Assembly (NCBI GenBank): GCA_905178155.1
Contig: CAJINV010000004.1
Location: 6,972,358 to 7,036,357, forward strand
Source of the DNA: Amoebophrya sp. A120
Taxonomy: Eukaryota; Protista; Dinoflagellata
Direction of reading: 5' to 3'
Length of the DNA stretch: 64,000 nucleotides
Shown here: positions 38,267 through 50,673 of the stretch, in pieces
Layout of the letters: every line of letters begins with the position of its first letter
How positions within the stretch are numbered: position 1 is the first letter of the stretch
Program-made: the position numbers and the translations under genes
The notes under the pieces: model-generated
Database searches by the model: none
Seen by the model: only the letters and a program-made list of their open reading frames with translations
What the model was told of the DNA's origin: nothing

Positions 38267-40351
38267 GATGTTCTTGCCGTTTCTATCTATCTATCGTTTG
38301 GTGTCAAAGTGCGGTAGAAAGAATGCGGGAGCTGTAGCTGCAATCCTCCTCCCGGTCGTGGACCACGTGGGTTCAAAGATGACGTAGAGCTTCTCCTCTG
38401 CCGCGAGTTACTTGTTTAGAAAGACGCTACTCCTGCTCGCCCGGAATGTTCATCTTGTCGCTTTAGGGAGACGGGAGTTCCGCGCCTGCCTGCGATAATT
38501 CTACCCGGGAATACAGCGCCGTATTGATTTTCCACCTGTGGAGGGAAGTATCCAACCTCCAGACAGCGGGCTGGAGCGTGGAGAAGGAGAGCCTTGGTTG
38601 CGCGCGAAAGTTCGGTAAGAATCTACTCCAAGAAAAAGAACAACATCAAGCACGTCCACATGCACGTGGTACTGGTAGTATCAAAAACCCTGCATCTTCC
38701 GAGCCATCACGACCACGACACAGGGACGCTGAGTTGTAATGGGGGGGGGGGAATCCGAGGATACCTGTCCATAGTACTTTTTTTGGATTGGATTGGATAT
38801 CTTGGACTTGAAAAAATCCTAATTTTTTTGACGCGAATGAAATCAGGATCAGTAACGTGACCTAGATGTACTTGTGTTTTATTTTTGACAGCCATGTAGT
38901 TGTAAAATTCGCCACCACCACAATGTATCAAAGCACACGAATAAAGACGACCCACTGGTGGATTGTACCGTACGAGACGTATTTCCTATCAGCACGAAGA
39001 ATTGACGCACGAGAACCGAGGTGGGTATTGAGCTTTTCATTTTCTATGCACGTTGCTCCTGTTAATATACCCTGGAGGACGAGTATGGGTCAAGTTTTTC
39101 GCACGAAAATAAGTGTTGTGGAGGAAGATATTCATATTACATTTTCTTTATTTTGACAGACCGATTTGAATCTTGACAACGACGATGACGAACCGACAAG
39201 AGCAGGACAAGATGAAACCGAATGTGTAAAGAAGTACTTTCTTTATAGAAATTGTGCTTTCACGATGAAGAGAACCAGTTTATCTTTGTATAGAAGGAGC
39301 AAAGCCAAATGAGAAAACCCGAAGTTGTCGATGTCGATCACAGAAAAGCAATGAGGCAGGCCCGCACGACTAGTTTGTAGTCAAATACCGGCTCCGCCGA
39401 CATCATCTGGATTTTGCATTGTAGAGGACGTTTTGAAGTTCTATCGTACAAGAAAGAGTGGGAGGTCCATTTTTAGAAATTTCGCCGGACGACCAACAAC
39501 TAGATCATCTTCATGGGAAGATAGAAGATAAGCTCAGCCCAATGAGTGATTATATACGCAGCTGCAATAAATATTAGGTTAGCTGTAGTTGCATACGGTA
39601 GTAGAAACACTCTGCAGGGTCCTTTGTACAAGTTGCAATGAATAATGGACATCATAGTTGGTCACCTAGTTGTAGTTCTTGTCCGTCGTTCACCTTCATC
39701 TTCGCCCAGCTAGTATTGAACCTACCTTCATGATTAGGCATAGACTGCTCGTTCAATAAGTCGTCGCATTTAATAGCACCTGCACCAGTGTACGTTTCTT
39801 CAGGGATGAAGATGATGGTGAACGTCAGGTGGCTTATCCTAGGTGCTCGTCCTCGGGCCGCATCTACGGGGGTAGTTGGTACCTCTCCTACAAGTCGGTA
39901 GAAGAAGAAACAAGGTTAAGAAACTAATTTCGTGGTTCCTATTCCAGCTTGTAATGTGCTGGCGGTCAACATTTTTGTTCAGAAAAACGTGCCGATAGTA
40001 ACTCCTTAGCCGTGCATTTGCTCTTGCACCACTCGCAGCCACGACAGGATCGGGAAATAAATCATTGTTCAGGTGAAATTGATTGACTCGAAAAGTTTGC
40101 TTGATTGCATAAATGCATTTTTATTCCGAAGACATTAGTGTAATAGTAGGATAATTTCTTAAACGGAGCAGCATCGTGCTACATAGATACGCGGATTTTT
40201 CGGAGGAGAAGAAGAGCAGTGGGTTTTATTTTCATGTTCACGAGAAGCAATAAAGACTATTAGACACGGGTAGTGTCTAGTCTTCGCAGCATAATCTTCT
40301 CGATGATCTTCTCTTCCTCGCCTAAATATTAGCACCCTCCACTTTCGACTT

Positions 40352-43282
40352 TTACACGACTTCTAAGTCGAGTTTGTTGTCGGAGAAGTTCAGTATGTCA
40401 TAGTTCTTCTCCCGCATCTCGTGCGTGCGGATCGCGTATCAAATGCAAATATGTCTCGTTCTGGAAACTACTTGAGGACGTCTCCAGTGCCGGCCACGCA
40501 TGACAAGTTTTTAAGCTCCTAGGTGCGTGTTGCCTGTTCTGCATGGCAATGTGCGTTTCGGATGACAGGAAACTGGGGTGTTTCTGTAGCGTGCATGAGC
40601 ATGACAGACTTGAGAATCATGCTGGCCGAGCATGACAAACTTTGCATTTTCCAGACCCAGACATATTTGCAATGCATATCGCACGCGCCCGAGCCATTTC
40701 GCGCCCGGCGTCCGAGGAGTCGAAGAGGCGGTAGTGCGCTATGGGACTCTCAAACGTTACACTCCCAACCTCTACATGATTTGTCATGCACAATGGGAAT
40801 CAGAATCGACACGATCAAGCTGTCTCGCATGACAAATCATCGAAGGGCCAAACAGGCTGAGAACCTGCGCCAAATCTGTCGTGCAAGACACGTCAACTAC
40901 ATGTCCCCGCTTTCACTTTGGCCATTCTTGCATTACAAATCCGTGTAACAGTTGAACATGTAACAGTTGAGAGCGCCATATGCGTGTCAAAGTAGCGGTA
41001 GGGGTGCCTTACCGGGTCGACGTCTTTGCGCTGGATGGGAATGTCGTGCGATCTGGGATCTACCATCGGAAACCGGTTCAAACCTTTACAGTGTATAGTG
41101 AATTTATGGGTGTGTCAGGATCGAAATTCTCAAAGTTGAAAAAAAAATCCGGGGGCCCCTGAAGAGGTGCCGGCATTTTGCGTTTCAACTCTGACACATT
41201 CGCCCCCCCTCCGAGCTAGCCACCACGCTATGCTGGAGTGTGTCAGAGTTGAAGGGGGTCCCGGAGGGGGTGCCCTGAAGGCCCCCGCCAAGGACTGCCA
41301 GAATTTTTTTTCAACTTTGACGATTTCAATCCTGACACTGCCATAGAATTTTCTTCAGAAGCTGCAAGCGAGATCTATAGGGATTTTCTTGCACGACGAA
41401 GATGTAGATGATGAAATACAACGATAAGATCAAAGCGAATGACTAGAAGTACGATGAACAAATTGCTTCTAATATTAACGTAATATACCGTTCTTAACAT
41501 TCTCGTGTTGTGGGTGGGTAATCGCCTCGTTGGCCTGTCTTTCAAATGCAAAAATGTCTGGGTCTGGAAGATTTCTGGATTTGTCATGCATATTTTCCAT
41601 GACCCGTGATGTCTGTGACGCATGCCGTAGCATCAGAGATTTTTGGGGCGCTTCTTCATGCCTGTTCCGCATGACAAATGCCATCTCCGCGGAGCACAAA
41701 ATCTACTCCTCTTACTGATCACGCAATACAAATCTTTTTCGAATCCAGAGAGAGCATCACAAGTTTAGAATCTTCCAGACCCAGACATTTTTGCACTTGA
41801 TACTGTCGCTTCTCCTTCAGAAACTCTCGCCTTTGGTCTGCGTGACTCGCGTCTGCCTGTGCTTGGTACATATCGTACCTAGGTGTCGGGTGCGTTGTTT
41901 TTTCCGACGTAGCTGTCATGCAGGATGAACAATACAAAGTAGCTCAGCAATACAAATTAAATTTGTATTAATGCGGATCTGCCTTAAAACAAAGATTTGT
42001 AATGCATGAAAGCATGTGCTTATCCATTTGCTACCTTTCTTTGTAGAGTTCCGTTTCCGGTCTTGTAGGTCCATCGATTCCCGTCAGACCGTTTTTGTAG
42101 TGCCTCTGGATCAACTTCGACTGCCTCTTGAATCTGTGAAATATTTTTTCATTTGATTTACGCCCCGTGCATTACCTTTATGTAGCGACGACTACCGCTG
42201 GCGCTACGGGTACGACCATGCGAAAAGACTATATTTTTTTCAAGTAGACCAAAGACAAAAAATGCTGTGTTTGAAAGAAAAAGAGGAATTACAGCGAGAA
42301 AAAACATAAAGTACGCTGAAAGCTCGGCTTTTGCTTTGTTTGCGTAGGCGATGCCCTCTTTTAGCCTCTGGTTTTCTCGGAGTCGCTCACTCGGGAGCTG
42401 TATGGAGAAGTTCTTAAAGATTTCCAGGTGGTCTTGGTTTATTGGGTGAAAGCCCGGGAGCTTGTGGCACCCCTCCTTCTTGTCGCCCTTGTAGCCGTCG
42501 TACCTGCGAAGTAATTTTTGAATTTCAGTTGCGTTGCGTACCTGCCAGTGTTCAACTCTTTTAAACCAGAACCTTTCAGACGTCGCGTTTCTTGGAAAGG
42601 CTTACACGACAGCTGCATCATTTACATATGATGTTGTGCGCCCTAAGTAAAAATGCAACGAAAAAATTAGTTTTTTTGATGAACAGCACACTTCATTTTG
42701 ACGAGAAACAGAAAGAGGAACTCCAATCATACCATAATGGTGGCTTATTTGACATGTCCATGGCTATTCCCGGGAATTTTCGGTCCCTTCCTTCGCATGT
42801 GAACGAGGGTGATGGTCTGCTGGACCCGTGGCAGTTTGCGAGGGGCAGCGTGCGGCTGAATTTGTCGGAGTCCCGGGTGTTCTGGTTTTTGTAGTACGGA
42901 TCGTGTATGGGAGTGTCAGGTTTGAAATCGTCACAGTTGAAATAGTTTGTCATGCATAAAGATAAAACCGATATATGCCAGCCAAGCGGCGCGTGACAAA
43001 TTTTCTTTTTCCGAGCGCCGGAATCCAATTTGTCTTGCTGTTTGGGAGCAGCAAACTGCTTTTGTCATGCTACTTTAGCAGCTCTACTTCAAACCCTACA
43101 CAGGCTCACAATCGGCCTCACTTGCTATCCCGGCAAGAAAGCCACTTCATGTCTTGCATTTTATGCATGACAAATTATTTCAACTTTGTCAATTTCAAAC
43201 CAGACACTTCCATACCGTGCGTTTTCAGCATACCATCGAGCCGGAGCGCCTCGTGCGGCGCCGGCTGGACTGTGTAGGACAT
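40352..43282 (-). CDS. Multi-exon hypothetical protein (mix of canonical and introner introns; middle exons not fully resolved)
   Basis: In-frame exon chain KLIQRHYKNGLTGIDGP...RYDMYQ...KRQ|ANEA...KNG|LNRFP...TH|YRLF...RA|IRTHEMREKNYDILNF; first exon MSYTVQPAPHE. Confidence 0.6.
40437..40678. mobile_element. Introner family A
   Basis: Family-A TIRs; TSD TCGCG/TCGCA. Confidence 0.88.
40740..40980. mobile_element. Introner family I
   Basis: TATGGGACTCTCAAACGTTACA / TGTAACAGTTGAGAGCGCCATA; TSD TGCGC/TGCGT. Confidence 0.86.
41105..41345. mobile_element. Family-C-ended MITE inside a canonical GT-AG intron (41084-41488)
   Basis: Family-C TIRs; TSD GAATT; distinct GC-rich interior lacking TGTNATGC motifs. 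Confidence 0.88.
41540..41802. mobile_element. Introner family A
   Basis: Family-A TIRs (left end TTT instead of TAT); TSD CTGTC. Confidence 0.9.
41879..42034 (-). other. GT-AG intron derived from a decayed family-B introner
   Basis: Interior resembles family B; flanked by TACCT direct repeats (AG|GTA on the mRNA strand); TIRs eroded. Confidence 0.7.
42906..43214. mobile_element. Introner family C
   Basis: Family-C TIRs; TSD TCGTG/CCGTG. Confidence 0.9.
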
Positions 43283-44044
43283 TTTTTTTTTTGATGGAGG
43301 AGTTCTAGAAACCCTACTACGACAATGGCGAGTCGACGTCGCGCTCGCCCTGTTGCTTCTACTGGGCAGCTCGGTAGCGCAGCCACTAAGTAGGCAGTAC
43401 CCCAGCTACTGTTCTTGCACTACTTGTTCTTGTCTTTCTATCCCGCCGCGAAGTCGTGGGTGTGGGAACGACCAAGCTACAAATAACGAACAAGAATCTA
43501 GCAAAACGAATCACCATCGCTCTCCTCGACCACGACAACACAGACAACAACCCCTCGTGCCCACGAGTGAGGTACTGCGACAACGACGACGTAACGGCAA
43601 AGGAAGATTCCTCATCTCTGCTTGTTTTACTTCTAGTTTTACGACGCGCCTCTTCATTCCTTTACAACTTTTCTCTCTATACAGTTGCAGGTGTTCGTAC
43701 TCGTCAGCACAACTCAGTTGTAGGGTTGACATCATATATGTGTCTTTCACGATACTGACACAGACCTGACGGCACAACTACTTCTTCTCATGGCAGGAGA
43801 ACACATCACCGCTTCTAAAGTGCGATTTTTAGGCTTCGCAAGAGCAAAAGCTTCGCAGAACCAGAAGTACATGGAAATTATTGTGTCGCTGATGTCGCTT
43901 AAAGTGTCGTACATCGAGTGGCTGTGGTCCAACTCTGAGGACGAAGAGGATGCTGGCCCCCTTTGTCTTGGTACGCATGTGTATGGCCTCATCATGATCT
44001 TCGTGGCTGTCGCGCATCAAAATGATCTAAATCTGACCCGCAGC

Positions 44045-47000
44045 CTATGACTGTCGTGACCGTTTCGCCCCCGGTAATCCTCCGCCCCCATCTTGGAGGT
44101 CCCCTAAATCTCGCACCTCCCCGCCCCCGCCCGCCACAGCGTCCCACCAGGCCTGTGTCGGAGCCAACGATACTACCAGCGCCGTCAAGTTGTCCAACGA
44201 GTACCGCTGGAAGCTCTCCCGCACCACTCCGCGCGCACCCTGTGCGGCCGCGTGTCGGACCGGGTGCGTCAGCGTGCCGGCGGGGGACAAGCGGAGCAGG
44301 TCGGCCCGGGGCTTCAGCACCATTTCCAACCCCGCACGGTAGTGGCCGTGACACACCGTCGCAGCATCGTGGTCGGAAACCACGTCCCACACACCATCGC
44401 ACGCTAAGAGGAGCAGAAGGTCGCGGCCTGGTGTTTTGAGAAGTAGAGGTGGATGTTGAGCTCGGAAGGCACATGAAGAAACATCAAATAAAAAGTCGAA
44501 CTAAAGAAACGTCGCGAAATAAAAACCCAGTAGCAACATCATATGCGAAAATAGAAGGTGGATCACTGTGATTCACAAAAGGTGGCAAAGAATCTACTCG
44601 CGGATTAAGTATGTATTTACCTGGCGTGATATGAAAACACGTGATCTCGGGTTTGGCGGACACCAGGTCCCTCGCGCCTTCTATCAAATGCAAAAATGTC
44701 TGGGTCTCGAAACTTGTAATGCTAACAGTGTATCATGATAGACGCACTACAATACGCAGCTACGCATGACAAATCTTTTGGCTGCAGTGTCTTACGTATT
44801 CCGCATGGCAAACTGCGTTTTTGCATGACAGGCAAGAGGCGGGCCTTTTCGTGCCTATGCAACACAGGTTCTCGAATCATGCTAGACAAGCATGACAAAC
44901 TTGCACTCTTCCAGACCCAGACATATTTGCATGTGATACCCTCGTTCGGCGCACCAAAGCTCCGCGGGTCTTTCAGAGGCAAATCGCCAAAGCTGCGGCT
45001 GACCGCCAGCCCCCACTGCACGAACCGATCGCCGATCTGCAACGGCGAGGGGGTGAACACGCGCGCCACGCCGGTCATGTCCTGCACAACTCCGCCGCTG
45101 GCCTCGATGCGCCGCTTTTCGTCGGGCCGGTCCGGTTTGTGGTCGTCTGAGAGGCGGTAGCCGGACACCGGCCCGCAGGGGACGAAAATCTTCCTCTCCG
45201 GCGGTGATGGGTCTTGTTTACCATCCTTGTCCCTGTCCTTTTTGTTCTTTGCGTTGTCTTTTTCCTTGCCCGCCGCGGTGCTTGTTCCAGGTATTGGGGC
45301 GTGCTTCACCGTGCGGTAACTCCCGTCCTTCTGCTGAATCGGGCCCTTCTTTTGAACCTAGGATGGACCGGAGATCGTGGAATTTATGGATTAGCATTAG
45401 GTAATGCTTGCTAGTAAACGTTGGATATCTATTACGGGTTCATCGTACGGGAACGGGTTCGGGTAAAAGAAGAAGCACAATAAACAGATCAGAACTACTA
45501 TTGGTTGTCACAATCATATATAATGTCAGATCATAGTACCATCACAGCTCTTGTGTCCCCGATGTTTGCGATCATGAGACGCACGTTGCTGCATTGCGAG
45601 GGGTCGGACGGAAGTCGCAGGTCCGGGGAGTCTTCCCACACTTTGTCGCTGCTGGTATTCTTTCCACCGCCGCCGCCCCGCGACGAGCCCGAGGAGGAGG
45701 AACTTGTGCTCCACAGATCCTCCCACAAAATCCCCACTGTGGCGGTAGTGCCGTCCATGTCGAGCGTGGTTTTGGCCTGCTTGCACCACTTTCGGTCCAA
45801 CTCCTCGAAGGTGTCTTCCACGCATTGCCTCAAGTACCGCTCGGTAAGCTTGTCGTCGACAGAACTGTCTTTTTTATTCTTATTTCCACCACTAGAGGAA
45901 GAAGAAGCACTCTTCGCGTTCTTGGCGCCTCCTGCTGTACTATCGGGCAGCTGCAACTCCCCGTCAAGCTCGTCGTCCGAGTCGGATTTGTTGTTTCTGC
46001 CGAATTTGTTCGACTTCAGCTTCCGCTGCAGAATGGGAAACAGATTCTTCTGCGCGTACTCGCTGCACAGGTGCCCGCTGTGCCCGTCGAACACGGCGTA
46101 GCCCACCAGGTTCTCCTTCTGCGGGCCCTCCATCACACAGTCGTAGCAGAATCGGTCCTCCTATGACAGTTCACAACTCCCCCTCCCGGCCCTCATTTGT
46201 CATGCAAGACCCCGAATCCAGTCGCTGCCTTATGGCACTGTTTGCATGACAAGTTCTGGTAGCCTAAACAGTACTACATCAGGTATATAAAAAATTTGTC
46301 ACGCATAGGCTCCACGTGTGCTGGTGTTTGTATTGCTGCTCATGCCATACGAATGAGGGTGAGGCGGAGTTGTGCACTCTCATACCTCCTGCGCGTCCTT
46401 ACCGCCCATCCAGGTGGATACACCGCAAGACAGATCCAGCTCGGGAAAGATAGAGAGGTCCTTTTCGCTATACCTGTACGTCGTCGATGATGTTCGGATT
46501 GTGGTGATAAAACTCATGATCTCTAGTCGTGGGATGAAGAAAGGCGCACTATCTTGTCGTGCGAGGGCGGCCGCATTAGGTGGAGATGTTTGATGTGCAG
46601 ATAGAAGCAGTAGAACCAGGAGTGGACAACTTTTTGTTGAAAGTTCAATCTTTACTACGCGTATGCGTAAATGGTACTTTTTCAACAACTATTTCTATTA
46701 CCTGAGATGCGGGTACTGTCTCCCGCTGTCAAGCTCCTTGAATTCTGGATACAGCATACTATCCGGCGGAGGGTTCATTGGATCGATGTCCATCAGCTTG
46801 GGGCTGTTTTATAAATGAAATTTTGTCGAAGCTGCTTTTTTTGTCATTCATCTCATTGGATGGATATTATTTCGTGTAAGGTACATCGATACCTCGTCTA
46901 GAAGACTACATGCATCTTTGGGGGGTAGTTGTAGTTGAAAATGTAGTCAAAGTCAAATTTATACTTGTCCAGATCGTCTTCGTCCTCCTTCACGGCGCTC

Positions 47001-47371
47001 CACCCCCGGTTTGCCTCGATCACCTCCTGCCGCTGCCCATACTCACGCTCGCAGTACCGCACCGTGCGCTCCAGCTGCATCATGCGGTTTTGCTTGTCCG
47101 GGGGGACGATCACCTGATTCTCCGTTTCGAGTTCCAGCTCCCGCATTTCCGACTTGGCCTCCAGAATTGTAACTCGGATCTCCTCCCGCTTTGCCACGTT
47201 GTTGAACATCTGCCGCTCCATCTTGGCCTCGTGCATTTTCGACTGCTGTTCGTGGAGTTTTAGGTCCTTCTGACTCGCAAACTGCCGCTCGCACACCCAA
47301 CATATGTAGGGGACCAAGTTGGTCGGGACGGAAGTCGTGGTCGTCGGGGGCGCGGCTGCAACGGTTGACAT
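44045..47371 (-). CDS. PP2C/PPM protein phosphatase with N-terminal C2H2 zinc finger; multi-exon
   Basis: CWVCERQF...LHEQQSKMH; QE|DRF, VFDGHSG, DGTTA, ANIGDTRAV, DHKP...EKRRI, LAVSRSFGD, VWDVVSD, SLDNLTALVV. Confidence 0.85.
44682..44938. mobile_element. Introner family A
   Basis: Family-A TIRs; TSD CCTTC/CCCTC. Confidence 0.9.
46162..46384. mobile_element. Introner family F
   Basis: TATGACAGTTCACAACTCC / GGAGTTGTGCACTCTCATA; TSD CCTCC; splits the PP2C QED motif. Confidence 0.9.
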
Positions 47372-48439
47372 GATGATGTGGGCGGAGGTTCTTGCTCTTA
47401 TTTCTTTTTGGCAGGAGAGGGGCGGGGAATTATAAACTCGCAAATACTACCTCCTGCTGCGGTTGTTGACCTGCTTGAGGACGTCGCACCAGCTGCCGTC
47501 TTTGGAGGCGCTTTTGATGCTCAAATATCGGCACTATGAAATCTCATCTCCGCGTCGCCGCGTTCCGAATTCATCTTTTGAGCAACAATAGCGCTCGCGT
47601 TACTAGTTACACATGCGTCGTTTTTATAATGTGAGAATAAAAGATGTGCGGTGAAGAGGTCGGATAATTAGACGACAGCTTCACAGCTTCTATGGGGATA
47701 AGCGTCGTCGTCCTCCGACATGAGAAAGTGAAAATGTAAATCCAAATGTCGACACGAGTAAATACAATTAGAATTAATAAGTACAACGGGAGGTGGTCAT
47801 AGAAACAGCGCTGTGATAGATTGGATTGTTAAAATTAAAAGTCGGCACTACTAATAGAAATCAAGCTCAAAGAGCAGGATATTGTTGAGTGCTAAAAACG
47901 GTCGAAAAAAAAGCACATTTGCAGGTTTCCGATCAACAAATGTCTTCATTTAGCTTGTTCTCGCCACATTGTATTTGCAGAGAAAAGCAGATCGCCAAAA
48001 CTAAACCTTAACCTTGTATTAACATCCCTTAAGTTCGTCTTCGTTGTAAAAAGGCAGCACGTCGGTGTCAACATCCGTGACTGAGTTTGAAAACTCGTTT
48101 TTCGAGCGGAACTGACACAGATCAATACAGGGAGAGAACAACATCCGAAAAGTGTGCGCTTTGTTCCTCATGTGATCTTCGCACCAAGCACGTGAGTAGA
48201 ATCATTTCCTTGCCGCGGCAAGAAGTCGTGCCAGCTAATGTATGAGTACTCTCATTTTCCGAGCTCTTTGGGCTGCAACACCTCATCGAAGAAGCGCACT
48301 ATGGATCATACAGGTCGACGTGGGCGATCATTATATTTGACGTAGTTCGCATCGGCACAATGCGTGTAATAAAGCAGCTTCTAGTTGTGCTAGTATACAT
48401 AGATCAATCTTGCTCTTCAACCTCCTTCTACGGCGACTT

Positions 48440-50160
48440 CTACGAGTATTTCTCGAAAAATGCCTCCACGAGCATGTGCCTTTTCTCCCGCGGCCGCAGA
48501 TCTCGGTGCTGTAGCACTTCCGCGAAAGCACGCGGGAAAAAGTCTCGACGCGGATCTTCTTCTTCCTTGGTTTTCGTTCTTTCGAGCGACTTTTTCTTTT
48601 CGTTACTGCTCTTCCTGGTGTCCTTCTTACTTTCTTTTGCTGCTGACTTGCTGCGTTTATTGTCGACGTCGCTTTTTGTTTTTTGGCCCAGCAGCTGCTC
48701 GCCCAGCGTGTCCTCGTCTCTGCCGCCTTTCGTTTCAGGGTTATTTTTGGAAGTACCTCCACCTGCAGTATTTGTGTTCATCATAGTACTAGCACGAGGC
48801 CTCTGGAACACGATACTCCCTGCGTGTGCGTTGAAGAGCGCTTTTTCCGCGGAACTTGCTTCTACCGCCAGGGCTACTTCTTTCCTCGCTTTCTCCGGTT
48901 TTTCGTGCAACAATTTTCCGAACTCGGGGTTCAAAAGGTGGAAATGCGTTCCAGTCACGTGATCCTCGTCGTGCAAGATCAATTCTTTTTTCAAAAACAC
49001 CGCTTTCACGTACTGCAAGAGGAGAATCAAGTTCCTGTGCGGGTGCTCCTGCGCCTCGCCGGCAATCAATTTCGCTGGGGAGGTGGAGGACGAATTTATC
49101 ACTCCTCCCGGGCCTTGCTGCTCCTGCTGCGCCCCCCGTCGTCTGCGTTTTGTCCTGTTCTGTGGGTAGTTATTTGTGGTTAACACCAAGGGTGCCAGGT
49201 CCAGCCGCCCGGTCTCCGGATCGACTAGCGGATGGGGGAAGTGGGTACGAAAAATTACCTCCACGCCGTGCATGCTGTGTGGGTAGAAAGTGCTGGCGGT
49301 TGGGTCGGAACTTTCCGCTCCTGGGGAAGTGCCAGTGGAACCACTGCGCGCGCCCCCTCTTGCCGTCGAGTGTAGTTTGTTCATTCCGCCTGAGGTACTA
49401 CTAGACGGGAACATGATTGTCGGAATGCTAATCGAGAACCTCACGGTTAAATTCCTGTACAACCCTCGGTGGATGAACAAACAGCCGTATGGGAGCGTCA
49501 GGATTGAAATCGTCAAAGTTGAAATAGTTTGCAATGCATAAAATGCATGACCCGAGGTACGTGTGTTGCAGAGCAGGCAAGTGAGGCCGATTGTTGGCCT
49601 GTTTGGGGTTACAGCTGGAGCTGCTAAAGAAGCATGAGAAAATCGCTCTTTTTTCCCTAAACAGCATAACAAACTGGATTTAGGGACCACCGAAATTTGT
49701 CATGCGCCAATTGGAAACTGGGTTCCAACTGGCACGCATTTTATGCATGACAAATCATTTCAACTTTGTCGATTTCAAACCTGACGCTTCCATAAGCCGT
49801 GCCAGTGCCGTAGATCGCGAAAATCCGGTAGCTATCCTGTGCAAAAGTATCGCACTCGTACTTCTAATCGCATTCATGCATTACAAATTTCTTTCTCAAG
49901 TTAAATCCGCATTACAAATTCAACTTGTAATGCTGAGCCAATTTGTATTGCAATTCATACTAGTACGATACTCACACTTTTGCAATGCATAGTAGCACGT
50001 AGAGGTTGCGAGGACAGTGGCTGGCCAAGAGGTCGTACTCGCAGAGCAGCTCAAAATCTTCCCCGGAGATCTCCTGGTTTTTCGCCGTGCGGGCGTCGAG
50101 GAGGGCGCGGTTTTTCCGTCGGGAGGACGGGGAGAGGGCTTGGATGAAGGAGTCTAGCAT
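48440..50160 (-). CDS. AKTIP: AKTIP/FTS/crossbronx-like UBC-variant protein, ~414 aa
   Basis: LLCEYDLLASHCPRNLYVL|PDFRDLRHWHG|CLFIHRGLYRNLTVRFSISIP...FPHPLVDPETGRLDL...LLQYVKAVF. Confidence 0.8.
49488..49794. mobile_element. Introner family C
   Basis: Family-C TIRs; TSD AGCCG; inverted near-copy of 4743-5049. Confidence 0.92.
49833..49991. mobile_element. Introner family B
   Basis: Family-B TIRs; TSD GTAGC. Confidence 0.92.
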
Positions 50161-50673
50161 TGTGAAAGTGTTTCAGAAGTTCTTTTGACTCAGAGGTTTT
50201 GTCGAATTCGAATAGTTATAGTTGTTGAGATCTGCAGTTATATCATCCATTTGTTTCCATGTCAAGCTGCGTGGAGGTAGACCTTTTGGCAACAGAGAAA
50301 CAACACGACGTTGTAACGAAAGCAAGTCAAGATTTTCAGTGAGTATGTGACAACTTCTCAGGCACTGATTTCTTAGGCGATATCAGAGTTGGAGGAGAAT
50401 TCTTGTCTGCTCTTGGAAGTAACTGTACTAGCAGTCGAACGGTAGTTTTTAGCGCACTATAGTAATTGCAGCAACGATGCAGTTGCAGACAACGACGCAG
50501 CGTTAGCTTCTGTCGATTCGCCAGAAAAGTCCAAATTAGATTGAGAACAGCTATCCAATGAGAAGTATGGACCGCATGAGTATGCAACGGCATACTGAGC
50601 AGCTCGCAATATTTTTGCAACTACGTGAGACATTGGAAGTCGTCAAACGCTTGCTCTTTAATCAAAGTGTTCT

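Noticed and set aside
38300-40300. Intergenic short ORFs, and possible dinoflagellate spliced-leader relics anywhere in the window
   Set aside because: No supportable product, and no match to the DinoSL core CCATTTTGGCTCAAG was seen
2341-44938. Recurrent peptides in the ORF track (LPDPDIFTFD, SNVKMSGSG, KCLGLE, FQTQT) suggesting a repeated protein domain
   Set aside because: They are translations of family-A TIRs in different frames, not coding sequence
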